A model generated the notes under the pieces. That model saw nothing but the letters and a program-made list of their open reading frames with translations. It made no database searches and was not told the DNA's origin. A program made the translations under genes and the position numbers. A stretch of DNA of 64,000 nt from an uncultured delta proteobacterium. Its GTDB lineage: Bacteria; Desulfobacterota; Zymogenia; Zymogenales; Zymogenaceae. The stretch is taken from assembly GCA_963735595.1 (NCBI GenBank), contig CAVTLK010000005.1, positions 64,001 to 128,000 on the forward strand, in the 5' to 3' direction. Shown in pieces: positions 1 to 12,300 of this stretch. Position 1 is the stretch's first letter, and the number at the start of each line of letters is the position of its first letter.

Positions 1-345
1 GAGCTGTTCAACACCATCGAAAGGGTTATGATGGTAGCCGAGAAGGACCCCGTTATTTACCCGATGCACTTGCCCCCCTATCTCCGCATCAACGTATCCC
101 AGAATCACACCGACGGTACGGTAACCGCGGATAAAGCGACACTCCCGAATATCGATCAATCCGAAGCCTTCCCGAGTTTCAAGGCGTTCCATGAAAACGA
201 GGTTTCCGTGATAGAACGGGATTACCTCGAAAAACTCATGCTATTGACCCACGGAAACATCAAAGAGGCCTGTCATGTATCGGGCCTGTCCCGTTCCCGT
301 CTCTATGCCCTCCTCAAGAAACACCTTATCTCCCATTCCGGTTAA
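1..345 (+). CDS. Sigma54-dependent transcriptional activator (NtrC/Fis family), C-terminal part, truncated by window start
   Basis: Frame +1 from base 1 reads ELFNTIERVMM (end of AAA+ domain, 'EL.N.IER'), then IERDYLEKLM..THGNIKEACHVSGLSRSRLYALLKKH (Fis-type HTH). Confidence 0.9.
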   Translation, partial: ELFNTIERVMMVAEKDPVIYPMHLPPYLRINVSQNHTDGTVTADKATLPNIDQSEAFPSFKAFHENEVSVIERDYLEKLMLLTHGNIKEACHVSGLSRSRLYALLKKHLISHSG

Positions 346-388
346 AAAAGAGTTTTCCCGCGACACCTTTCCTTCGTAGCTGCACACA

Positions 389-426
389 GTCCTGTTTTTC
401 GGGACGAAATCCCGCTTTTAGAGGAT
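389..426. promoter_or_regulatory. Two imperfect palindromes, candidate enhancer (UAS) sites for a sigma54 activator
   Basis: GTCCtgtttttcgGGAC (389-405) and ATCCcgcttttagaGGAT (409-426), about 100-130 bp upstream of a -24/-12 motif. Confidence 0.5.
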
Positions 427-518
427 TCATAACGTTTCCCTTTTTGGCATGAGCGCGGCCATGTCTGAATGTGCCGTGATGACGTACCGTTAGCGCCTTC
501 AGCCAATGCCGTCCGGCA

Positions 519-534
519 TGGCATAGAGATTGCA
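519..534 (+). promoter_or_regulatory. Sigma54 (-24/-12) promoter
   Basis: TGGCAtagagaTTGCA matches TGGCAC-N5-TTGCW spacing and lies upstream of ORF 671. Confidence 0.7.
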
Positions 535-670
535 TTACATACGAGTACGAAATGATTATATAAATGGCCGGTGTACTCATTATGGTGACCGATGTATCTA
601 TTTTCGAACCGGCCGAGAGTATTGTGAGTGGGTCCGGGAAGACGGTGCTGTTTAAACGGTAAGGATAAAG

Positions 671-1303
671 ATGTCCCAGACGAAAAAGGAAAAAGAGCGC
701 GCCGGCACGATCCTCATCGTTGACGACGAGCCGACCATCAGGGAAGTGCTCTGGTCTCTCCTCACCGAGGAGGGATACCTCCTTGATTCCGCTGAGAACG
801 GTCATGATGGATATGAGAAGGCGCGCAAGCTGATCCCCGACCTCATCCTCCTGGACGTTACGATGCCTGTCATGGACGGCTTTGAGGCATGCCGGAAAAT
901 CAGGACCGAGCCGCCTCTCGCACAGGTACCCATCATCATGGTCACGGCGCTCGCCGACGCCGGATCCAGGCTTCGCAGCATCGAAAGCGGGGCGAACGAC
1001 TTTATCAGCAAGCCCTTCGACCTCGACGAGCTTTTGGCAAAGGTAAAAAGTATTACGAAAGATAATTGTTTCCGGGAACCCCCTCCAGAAAAGGAGAGAC
1101 TCGCTTTTGCTCACGAGGAGCTTCGAGACACCTGCGACGTACCCATCGAAGAACGGGCGCCGGCCCCGGAATTGCGGGGCTCCGAGGACAGAGGGGATTC
1201 CTGCCAGGATGAAGGATCAACCTCAACCGCTATATTTGGGGAAACGCCGGCCAGCCCGTATTCGTCCGACGGCGGCGTAGGAAGGAAGCGATCTATGAGA
1301 TAG
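671..1303 (+). CDS. Response regulator receiver protein with degenerate C-terminal tail
   Basis: ILIVDDE, LILLDVTMPVMDG (phospho-Asp), MVTA, ISKPF; no intact output domain. Confidence 0.9.
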   Translation: MSQTKKEKERAGTILIVDDEPTIREVLWSLLTEEGYLLDSAENGHDGYEKARKLIPDLILLDVTMPVMDGFEACRKIRTEPPLAQVPIIMVTALADAGSRLRSIESGANDFISKPFDLDELLAKVKSITKDNCFREPPPEKERLAFAHEELRDTCDVPIEERAPAPELRGSEDRGDSCQDEGSTSTAIFGETPASPYSSDGGVGRKRSMR

Positions 1304-1542
1304 GAAATTCCGGGCCGGGCGCCTCGGCCGGTGCGCCGTTAGCCCGGCGAAACGGCCGTTACCCCGGCGCATTGGCCGTTACCTATAGAGATGGTTTGCG
1401 CTAAAAGCGGTCTCCGTTCAAACCCCTTGACTCCGCAGCCCCTTCCTGCCGCGATCTCCCGCACAGGTCGTATGCTGTTTTCAGGGCATAGCAGGAGGGC
1501 GCCTTTTTCGCACTGCCGGGGGTTTAATAGAAGGAACTTGAT

Positions 1543-3084
1543 ATGAAAATCACGCTCATCGAGCCCAAAAGTCCCGATTCCCACATCTTCTCACTCTATG
1601 CCCTGCCGCGGTTGGGCACCCTGCTCCTCGGCACAATCCTCGGGGAACGGGGCCACGACGTCTCCGTCGCGGTGGAGTCGATCGAGCCGGTATCGTGGGA
1701 TAATGTGCTCGCCTCGGACCTCGTGGGGATATCCACCACCACTTCGACCGCCCCGCGGGCATACGAGATGGCCGATGCCCTCCGGTACCTCGGCGTTACC
1801 ACCGTCATGGGGGGACCGCATGTGACGTTCCTGCCCGACGAGGCTCTAACCCACGCCGATTACGTGATCAGGGGCGAAGGGGAGCGTTCGTTCCCCCTCA
1901 TGGTGGAGGCCCTTTCGGCGAAGCGCGACATGGGCGGCGTGCCGGGACTCTCCTATCAGCGGGCTGGAAAAGTCGTCCATAATCCGATCGATCCGTCGTT
2001 TGTGGATCTCAACGACCTTCCCCACCCGGACATCTCACTTATCGCCGGCGGGATATTTAAGAAACATAGATGGACCAACCGGGTGATTCCCATCCAGACT
2101 TCCCGGGGATGTCCCTATAACTGCACCTTCTGTTCGGTGACCCGGATGTTCGGGCGGAAGATGAGATATCGTGACGTGGACGTCGTCATCGAGGATCTCA
2201 GGAAATATGACGACAAACATAATTCCGTATTCTTTTACGACGATAACTTTGCGGCCGATCCGAAGAGGACGAAGCGGCTCCTCGGAAAGATGATCGACGA
2301 GGGATTCTCGTTCGTCTCTTCGGCCCAGGTGCGGGTCGACGCGGGAAAGGATCGGGAGCTTGTCGGGCTCATGCGGGACGCGGGGCTCAAGACCGTCTTC
2401 GTGGGGCTTGAGAGTATCAGCCCCGAGAGCCTCACGTGCATGAACAAAAAGCAGACGGTAGCCGACATGGAAGAGGGGCTGGCGGGTTTTGCCCGGTACG
2501 GCATCGACGTGCACGGGATGTTCGTATTCGGGTTTGACTCCGACGACAAAAAGACCCTGAGCGATACGGTCAGGTTCGCAAAGAAGAAGATGCTCGATTC
2601 CGTTCAGTTTCTCGTCCTGACGCCCTTCCCCGGGACCCCGGTCTACCATGAGCTCGAAAGGGACAGCAGGATCATGGTGAAGGACTGGAGCTTCTACGAC
2701 GGGCACCACGTCGTCTTTATCCCCAAGAAGATTTCTCCCTACAATCTGCAGAAAGCCCAGATCAAAGGGCACAGGCGTTTCTACTCAACGGTTGAGGTCG
2801 TCAGGCGCCTTTCCCGCTTCGATTTCTTCGGGGCGATGGTAGCCGCCTATGCCAAGCACCTCAGCAAGACCTGGATCAAGGAAAACCGTCTCTACCTCAA
2901 AGTGATCAGGCTGATCCAGTCGACCGAGCATTACATTGTCAGTGTCGACCTGAGACGGAAGACGGAAGACATCAGGAACGCTGTCTCCGAGGCGATCACG
3001 CGGGCGGCCGTGTCGGCCAAGCAGATAGCCGCCACCGGCTCCGCACCGGACTCGCCGGCCCATAAAGGGGTAGGGGACGATTAA
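1543..3084 (+). CDS. B12-binding domain radical SAM protein
   Basis: N-terminal cobalamin-binding fold (LVGISTTT, VMGGPHVT, GEGE), SRGCPYNCTFC motif, FYDDNF, GLES. Confidence 0.92.
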   Translation: MKITLIEPKSPDSHIFSLYALPRLGTLLLGTILGERGHDVSVAVESIEPVSWDNVLASDLVGISTTTSTAPRAYEMADALRYLGVTTVMGGPHVTFLPDEALTHADYVIRGEGERSFPLMVEALSAKRDMGGVPGLSYQRAGKVVHNPIDPSFVDLNDLPHPDISLIAGGIFKKHRWTNRVIPIQTSRGCPYNCTFCSVTRMFGRKMRYRDVDVVIEDLRKYDDKHNSVFFYDDNFAADPKRTKRLLGKMIDEGFSFVSSAQVRVDAGKDRELVGLMRDAGLKTVFVGLESISPESLTCMNKKQTVADMEEGLAGFARYGIDVHGMFVFGFDSDDKKTLSDTVRFAKKKMLDSVQFLVLTPFPGTPVYHELERDSRIMVKDWSFYDGHHVVFIPKKISPYNLQKAQIKGHRRFYSTVEVVRRLSRFDFFGAMVAAYAKHLSKTWIKENRLYLKVIRLIQSTEHYIVSVDLRRKTEDIRNAVSEAITRAAVSAKQIAATGSAPDSPAHKGVGDD

Positions 3085-3104
3085 CGCCCGACACATCGGT
3101 TTGG

Positions 3105-3140
3105 AAGGGGGGATGGGCAACCGAGCCCACCCCCCTTTTT
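3105..3140 (+). terminator. Rho-independent terminator
   Basis: AAGGGGGGATGGGC-aaccga-GCCCACCCCCC followed by TTTTT, just after the stop at 3084. Confidence 0.75.
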
Positions 3141-3309
3141 CGTAGTTTTGGCGGGTAAATGGTATATGATGGTTTCTATGATTGGCCTACCGGCGGCAAG
3201 TTGACGGACATGAGCTAAGCAAAGAGGTCAGGAAAGTATAATGGATAAGTTCCCGTTGAGGAAGCCCTATCATGGTCGGAATTCCTCTATGCTGAACCAA
3301 GGATATCGA

Positions 3310-6300
3310 ATGAAAGCGGGCACCCTCATTGCATATTTCACCAAATCGGATGAAGCGCGCAAAGCCTTCAGGACATTGCTGAGGCGGGGTTACCGCCGCG
3401 CAGCATTGATAATCAGGCATGCGGATGGAGAGGTCAGGGTATGGGATCCCTTCGGTTGGCGCCGCGCTTTCTGGGCAGTCTTGGCGTTCATTCTGTTCTG
3501 GGTTCTTTCAGTGGCTGCCTCCATGAACCTGCATTGGCCGGGGTCGATTCCAACCGGATTTGACTTCGTCCTTTTGTCGGCTCTGGCCGGCGGCTTCATT
3601 GGAATCCTGCTCAGCCTGACATGGGTCCGGCGATTGAGGTTCGGTGTCGAGCGAGGGCTGCTTAAGGATCATGCACGCTGGCTTGACACCGGTGAGACCG
3701 TCCTGATTCTCCAGGCGCCGATCGAAACGCTGGCAATCCCCATGGACGCTCTGCTGAAAAGCGGCGAGATCCCACCCACGGTCTTTGTCCTGCATCCCAG
3801 GCGTGAAAGCCCCGCCGGAAAGGATTGGAGCCCCGGAACGTCGCTCAATCCGGTGCAGCTTCAGGAGCATGCCCGGCGTCTTGCCACTGCCCACCATGTG
3901 GATCCAAAACCGATCTGGAACATCGAACTTCTCAAACGGCTCGATTGGGGCCTCGAGTGGATTCAGCAAGTTTGTCTGGATCTCTCCGAAGCGACTCGCC
4001 TGGAACAGTGCGTGCCGCCGACTACCGAGTGGCTCCTCGACAATGAATATATCCTTGAAAGCAATGCCCGCGACGTTCGGCTGAACCTACCCCGGCGTTT
4101 TTACCGGCAGCTGCCGGCGCTTGCGAATACACCCGACCGGGGACTACCGCGTATCTACGGCCTTGCTCGAGAGCTCGCCTCTCACACCGACCTGCGTCTG
4201 GATCAGGAAAACATCCTGGCCTTTATTGAGGCCTATCAATCCGTAGAACAGCTCTCGATTGGCGAACTCTGGGCAGTCCCTCAGATGCTGCGTACCGTGC
4301 TTATCGAGGGCATCCAGCAGTTCGCCGGACGAGCCCTATCGGAACTGCGTGAACGTGAAATCGCCGATTTCTGGGCGAACCGGCTTATCATGGCCAATCG
4401 GCGAGATCCCAACCAGCTCTTCTCGATTATGTCGGAGCTGACCGAATCCCAACCGAGCCCGAGCCCCTATTTCGCCGCTGCAGCTGATCGACTACCTTTA
4501 TGACGAAGAGGCCGCGCTGGCGCCGGTGCAAAGCTGGCTTGAGCGAATTTTCCACAAATCTCTGAACGAACTCAGCCTCCGAGAGAATAGCCGCGAGACA
4601 CGGGATCAAGTATCCGTCGAAAACGCCTTTACCAGCTTACGGCAACTAGCCCTGCTCGATTGGAAGGAATGTTTCGAAAAGCTCAGCCGGGTCGAGCAGA
4701 CGCTGCGGCAAGATCCCGCCGGGATTTATCCCCGGATGGATTTCGCCACGCGCGACCGGTATCGCCGGGCGATTGAGGATCTACACCGCGGGTCCGGCCT
4801 GGCGGAGGACCAGGTCGCCCGGAACGCCATAGAAATGGCAATCCAGGCCGGTCACGATTCGGCCCAAGACGAACGGTCGGTTCACGTCGGAACCTATTTG
4901 ATCGGCAAAAAAAGGGGGGATCTGGCCCAACACATCGGGTGCCGTGAGTCGTTACATTTCCGCGCCCTGCACTGGGTTTATCGTCATCACTCGGCAGTAT
5001 ACTTCCTCGGACTCGCACTTTTCTCCACCGCGTTTGTTTCCCTGCCCATACTGCTTGGCCTGCACGCCTATGCCCCTGGGATTCTAATCATAATCACGAG
5101 CCTCCTGCTCATTCCTGCCAGCCAGCTCTCACTTGAAGTGATGAACTACCTGGTGACGCGACTCTTTCCACCGCGGGTCCTGCCGAAGATGGATTTCAGT
5201 GTTTCGGGGATTCCCGATGACTGCCGGACGCTGGTAGTCGTACCCATGATGCTGTTGGATTTAGAGACGATTAAGTCTGAAGCGGAAAAACTCGAGATCC
5301 GCTATCTCGCCAATAAAGAGGCTAATCTGCTCTTTGGTCTTTTCTCGGATTACATGGATGCGCCGCAGGCCCGCCGCGCATCGGACGCGGCGCTGTTGGA
5401 GGCCGTGACCACGCATGCATCCAGGCCCTCAATCAGCGCCACGGCGATGATCGTTTCTTCCTGTTTCACCGGGAACGAAAATGGTGCGAATCCGAACAAA
5501 AATTCATAGGTTGGGAGCGTAAGCGCGGGAAGCTGGAAGAGCTCAACGGCCTGATAGATGGCACGCGGCCCCGCGGGGCGGATCGCCTGGTTTACGTCGG
5601 CGACCCGGATCAGCTGCTTCAACGTAAGGTTCGTCATTACACTGGACAGTGATACGCAATTACCGCACGACACTGCCCGCAGGATGATCGAGACTTTGTC
5701 GCACCCGCTGAACCGGGCGCGCTTCGATAGCACAGGGCATGTCGAGTCCGGTTATACCATAATCCAGCCGCGCGTCAGCCCCTCCCTGCCGAGCACGAGC
5801 GGATCGCCCTTCAGCCGGCTCTTCTCGGACCCGGTCGGTATTGACCCCTATACCAATACGGTCTCCGACGTTTATCAGGATCTGACCGGCGAAGGTTCCT
5901 ATCACGGGAAAGGCATCTATGATGTGCGCGCCTTCAACCGGGTGCTTTCCGGCAGGTTCCCCGAAGCGTGGCTCCTCAGCCATGATTTGATTGAAGGCGC
6001 TCACGTCCGGGTGGGATTGGCCAGCGATATCGAGCTTTATGATGAGTTCCCCCAGGATTACCTGAGCTACATTAAGCGCCAGCACCGCTGGATTCGCGGC
6101 GATTGGCAAATCGCGGATTGGATCATGCCACGCGTTCCTCGGGCCGGCGGTGGGCGAGTCCCCAACCCGCTGTCCTGGTTCGATCGATGGAAGATCTTCG
6201 ATAACCTGCGCCGCAGCCTGCTGCCCGTAGCCAGCCTGGCATTGCTGATGTCCTCCTGGTTCATTTCCTCCCGGGCCGGGTGGATCGCCACTGCTGTGGT

Positions 6301-9300
6301 CGCCACACAGCTGTTCTTTCACTCCCTGGCGCAGCCCGTTACCTGGGCGACAACTTCTCGGGGCTTTATGAAAGCCTCGCCCGCCAAAACAGCGCATGAT
6401 CTGCTGCGAGTGTTGGTGGAAGCGGCACTGCTTCCGTACCAGGCATGGATGGCGCTGGATGCCATTGCACGGGTCTTCTATCGACGCCACGTCTCTCATC
6501 GTGGGCTGTTGGAGTGGACTTCTGCACAGGTGACGCACGGTAATCCCCCGGCCAAAGTGCCTGTTTTTGTGCTTATAATAGGCCTGACGAGCCTGTTCTG
6601 GGTCATCGTTGGATGGGCCGTACAGTACTGGCGGCCGGCTAACCTTTGGGTGGCCGGTCCCTGGCTCATGCTCTGGTTTCTGTCTCCGGTATTCGGCTGG
6701 CTCCTCACCCGGCGACCACCGATAAAGCAGCCAAAGTTCCTGCTTCCGACAGAGGATCGGCAATTCCTGAGGACGTGTTGCCCGGCGAACCTGGCGCTAT
6801 TTCTCGGACTTCGTGACCGAAAAGACCTCATGGCTGCCGCCGGACAATTATCAGGTTTCTTACCAGGATCAACTGGCCTTGCGTACCAGTCCGACCAATA
6901 TCGGCCTCTATATGATCAGCGTGCTCAGCGCCCACGATTTCGGCTATATAACCGTCGATGAAGTTGCGCATAGGCTGACGCGGACAATGGAAACGCTTGA
7001 TAGACTGGAGCGCCATGAGGGCCATCTGCTCAATTGGTATGACATTCAAACACTGGCTCCGCTCAAACCACGCTACGTTTCCACCGTGGATAGCGGAAAT
7101 CTGCTTGGTGCCCTCTGGACACTGGACCGGGGGCTTGAGGCGCTCATGAAGGCTCCGCTGCTGGACGTAAAGGCCTTTGAGGGTCTACGCGATACCGCAG
7201 ACGTCCTGCAACAGGCCGCCCGAGAAGACAGTAATTCCGGCGTTGGATATGCATGCCCTGGATGAACTGCTGCTCACATGGGACTCGCCGCCCGACCGTG
7301 CCTCGGACGCACTGCTGCTGCTGCGGCGGACGGAACGTATCGTCGGGGAGCTGGCCGAAAAGGCACGCGGATCGGACGTCGCGCGAGAGGGTGTAGGTTA
7401 CTGGACCGGGGAGTTGGAGAAGCAGTTGGCGATCCTGGCTTAGCGATTACGGATCGTTACCTCGCCTGGATCGAAATCCTGGCCGAAAAGACGGAGGAAG
7501 ATATCGCCGGGCTTGACCCGGACGTCCTAGCGGCGTTTCGCCAGGCCCTTCAGTACGCGCCATCGCTTCTGGACCTTGCCCACGGAAACATCGCCTGCAT
7601 CGCGTCCCTCCAGGCTATCCGAGAGAAAGCTCCCGAGAACGAGCGCGCGCTCCTGGGCTGGATCGACCGCGTTATGAAGGCCTTCGAAAGGTCGAAATGG
7701 CTGGCCGGTGAGATGCTGGCTTCGTGTGAGCGGCTCATTCGGGTCGGGACGCGAGCTCTCCGAATCGATCAACATGCGCTTCCTTTACAACTCGGAACGC
7801 CGCATATTTTCGATCGGTTTTAATGTTTCTGAAGGGCGCCTGGATCGCGCCTTTTACGATCTGCTGGCGAGCGAAGCGCGACTGGGAAGCTTCGTCGCCA
7901 TTGCCCGGGGGGATATTCCCGTTGAGCATTGGTTTGCCATGAGCCGGCCCTACGGCGCCATTGGTCGGCGCCGGGTGCTGCTCAGCTGGACCGGGACGAT
8001 GTTCGAATATCTGATGCCGCTGCTTTTTCAGAGATCTTACGGCAACTCGCTACTGGATAAATCCATCCGGGAAGCCGTGGCGATCCAGATCGCTTACGGC
8101 CGCAAGCAGCGGGTGCCGTGGGGGATCTCGGAGTGCGCCTTCGGGGATTTGGACCTCCAGAAAACCTATCAGTATTTTGCGTTTGGCGTACCGGAACTCG
8201 GACTCAAGCGCGGCCTGGCCGATAAGATCGTCATCGCGCCCTATGCCACCCTGTTGGCGGTGGGTATCGCACCCCGGGAAACTATGCGAAACCTGAAACG
8301 ATTGTCCGATTTGGGTCTCCTGAGCGATTACGGCTACTACGAAGCGTTGGACTACAGCAGGCAGTCCAGCCGCACGGGCGAGCGCGGGGTGATCGTGCGA
8401 GCCTACATGGCGCATCACCAGGCAATGAGTTTGCTGGCACTGGACAATTTCCTCCATGACAATAGACTCCAGCAGCACTTCCACACCGATCCGCGCGTGC
8501 GAACGGTAGAGCCTTTGCTTCATGAACGTATCCCAAACCTTCCGCCGCTGCATCACATTTCTACGCGCGAGCGGGTCTCTTCGGTGGCGAGCGTCGGCGA
8601 GGTCGCGCCTTCGGTCAGCCAATTCGAAACGCCCCATACCACGACACCCAAGACCCAACTGCTGAGCAACGGACGCTACGGCCTCATGCTGACGAACACC
8701 GGCGGTGGCTACAGCCGCTGGGGCGACTATCGAGATCACGCGTTGGCGATCGGACCGGACCAGGGATTCGTGGGGGACCTTCTGCTATATCCGCGATTTC
8801 GATTCGAACCGGCTATGGAGCAGTACCTATCAGCCAACCGGCGGGAAGGTTGATGACTATCTTGCCAACTTCACGCTGGACCGCGCCGTGTTCCGGCGCG
8901 TCGATCATGGGATAGAGAGTGAAACCGAGGTTGTCGTCACCCCGGAAGATGACGTTGAGATTCGGCGTATGACGCTGATAAATCGTTCGCTGCGCACCCG
9001 CCGACTCGATTTGACGAGTTACGTTGAGCTCTCGCTGGCGCCGCACAATGCGGATCGTCAGCATCCGGCGTTCAACAAGCTGTTCATCCAGACAGAGGCG
9101 CTTCCGGAAGAGCGAGCGCTCCTGGCCTACCGCCGGCCTCGAAGCAGCAGTGACCCGCCCATTTATGTTGCGCACCGCTTTACACTTGAGCAGACCGAGG
9201 GTGAAGCGTTGCGCTTTGAGAGCGACCGGCGCCGGTTCATCGGCCGCGGGCGAACGCTCGCCAGCCCGATGGGCGCCCTGCAGGAACCCGGTAACAGCCA

Positions 9301-12300
9301 GGGATTTGTCCTGGACCCGATTCTCAGCCTGCGCCGGAGCCTCACTCTGGCTCCCGGCCAGCGGGTTCAAGTCTCTACTGGTTCTGGCCGCCGGCGAATC
9401 ACGCGAGCAGGTCCTCGCCCTGATGAGCAAATACGGCGATCCCCATGCGATCGATCGGGCGATGGATTTCGTCTGGGCCTCGGCCCAGCTTGAGTTGCGC
9501 CTGCTGCGCATCCAGCCCGACGATGCGCGCCGATTCCAGCAACTGGCAAGTCATCTGCTATATCCGAATCCATTGCTGCGTCCCGCCGCAGAACGAATTA
9601 CTGAAAACAACAAAGGACAGGCCGGCTTGTGGGCCTATGCCATTTCGGGTGACTTGCCGATTGTCCTTGTTTCCATTGGCGAGATGCAGGATCTCGCCCT
9701 GGTACGTCAAATGCTCCAGGCGCACACCTACTGGCGCATGCACGGGCTTATGGCCGACCTGGTTATCCTGAACGAGGAGGCCAGCGGCTATGAACAGCCG
9801 CTCCGCGAGCAACTCGAACACCTGATCCAATCACATTCGGCCAGCACGGGGGTTGATCGGCCCGGCGGAATCTATTTGCGCAGCGCTGATCTGATCCCGG
9901 CGGAAGACCTGACGCTCCTTCAGGCAGTGGCGAGTATCGTGATGGTGGCGGCCCGCGGCGCCTTACCCCAGCAAATGGGCGTGCCGATGGAAGCTCCCGT
10001 TTTGAGCGAGGCCAGTCGCCCGGAAACGGGATCCCCGCGATCCTTCGGCGGCGCTGCCCTTCATGGAACTTGCCTATTTTAACAGCCTGGGCGGTTTTAC
10101 CCCGGATGGGCGTGAATATGCAATCTATCTCGGTCCCAATATGCATACGCCCGCCCCCTGGGCGAATGTCATCGCCAACCCGACCTTCGGCACGCTCATC
10201 AGCGAAACCGGCGCCGGCTTCACCTGGCAGGGCAACAGCCAACGCAACCGCCTGACGCAATGGTCCAACGACCCGGTAATGGATTGCCCGTCGGAGGCGA
10301 TATATATCCGGGATGAGGAAACCGGAGTCTATTGGACGCCGACCGCATCCCCGATCCGCGAGGAGACCGCCTACCGGGCAAGACATGGGGCGGGGTACAC
10401 GGTATTCGAGCATAACAGCCACGGCATCGAGCAGGAACTGACGGTTTTCGTTCCCGTGGACGATCGTGGGGGGCAACCGATCAAGCTGCAACGGCTAATC
10501 CTGCGCAACGACACCGCCCGGCCGCGCAGGCTGTCGCTGACGTATTATGTGGAATGGACACTTGGCGAGGATCGTGAATCATCCCAGATGCACGTCGTGA
10601 CCGCCTGGGACGACGAAGCCCAGGTCATGATTGCCCGCAACAGCTACCGTCCCGATTACGCGGATCGAGTAGCCTTCGCGGCCGTGAGCGCGCCCACGAC
10701 ATCGTACACCGCCGACCGCACCGTCTTCCTGGGGCGCAACCGCTCGATGGACAACCCGGCGGCGATGGAGCGTATCCAGCTGTCACCGCGGACGGGAGCG
10801 GGCCTTGATCCCTGCGCCGCGTTGCAGGTCACTCTCAAACTGGCTCCCGGTGAGAGGTCGGAAATCACCTGCATGCTCGGCGAAGGCCCAGTCGATGGAG
10901 CAGGTCCATGCCCTGGTGCTTGCCTACCGCGACGGTCAGGCGCTGGAGTCCGCACTCCGGCAAACCCAGGCGTGGTGGGACGACCGGCTCGGCACGATCC
11001 AGGTGCATACCCCCGAGCTTGCCACGGATTTCCTGATCAACCGCTGGCTGCTCTATCAAAACCTTGGCTGCCGGATCTGGGGACGTTCCGGCGTTTACCA
11101 GTCCGGCGGCGCCTTTGGTTTCCGCGATCAGTTGCAGGACGTGATGGCGCTGCTTTACACCTATCCCGAGCTGGCGCGCGAGCACATCCTGCTTGCAGCA
11201 AGCCGCCAGTTCACGGAGGGTGATGTCCAGCACTGGTGGCATCCGCCGGGCGGCGCGGGAATCCGCTCGCGGATCTCCGATGATCTCTTGTGGCTGCCCT
11301 ACGTCGTCGCTCAATACATCAGGATCACCGCGGATATAAACATCCTGCACGAAAAGGTCCCCTTTCTCGAAGCACCCACGCTCAAAGATGATCAGCACGA
11401 GAGCTTTCAATCGCCGGGGGTTTCGTACGGAATCCGGCACGCTCTTCGAGCACTGCCAGCGTGCGGTCACGCATAGCCAGAAATTTGGCGCCCATGGATT
11501 GCCCCTGATGGGGACCGGGGATTGGAACGACGGGATGAACCTGGTGGGCGCCGGGGGTAAGGGCGAGAGCGTTTGGCTGGCGTGGTTTATGGTGGACGTG
11601 CTGAAGGGGATGGCCGAGATGTCCGACCTGCTGGGCCGATCCGATTTGAGCCGGACCTATCATCAGGACCGAAAAACGCTGATCCAGCATGTTGAAGGGT
11701 TCGCCTGGGATGGGAAGTGGTATCTTCGGGCGACCTTTGACGATGGCACGCCGCTGGGTTCTTCGGCGAATACGGAAGCGCGGATCGATTCGCTGCCGCA
11801 ATCCTGGGCCTGGCTCAGCGGCGCCGCCGATCAGAAGCGCGCCGAGAAGGCACTCGAATCGGCGTGGAGCCACCTCGTCCGGGAGGATGAGGGGCTGGTG
11901 CTGCTCTTTGAACCTCCTTTCGATACGTCGGAGCCTTCACCCGGATACATCAAGGGTTACCCGCCGGGAGTGCGGGAGAACGGCGGCCAGTACACCCACG
12001 CCGCCCTCTGGCTGGCCATGGCCATGGCGCGCAGTGGGGACGGCACACGCGCGGTGAAAATCCTGCGCATGCTCAATCCGATCGAGCACGCCCGCGATCC
12101 TGAATCGGTCTGGCGTTACGGGGTCGAACCCTACGTGGTTGCCGCCGATGTCTACCGCTTGCCAGGGTGGATCGGCCATGGCGGCTGGTCCTGGTATACG
12201 GGCTCGGCGGCGTGGATGTACCGCGCCTGGGTGGAAGAAATTCTGGGTCTGAAAGTACGAGGAGAAACCATGCGGCTCGATCCGGTCATCCCCGGCTGGT

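Noticed and set aside
1335..1383. CRISPR array
   Set aside because: Period is only 20 nt with no unique spacers and no cas genes; no CRISPR-like array was seen anywhere in the window.
4501..4503. In-frame TGA in cgs as possible selenocysteine or readthrough
   Set aside because: The protein continues in another frame (IDYLYDEE), so this is a frameshift, not recoding.
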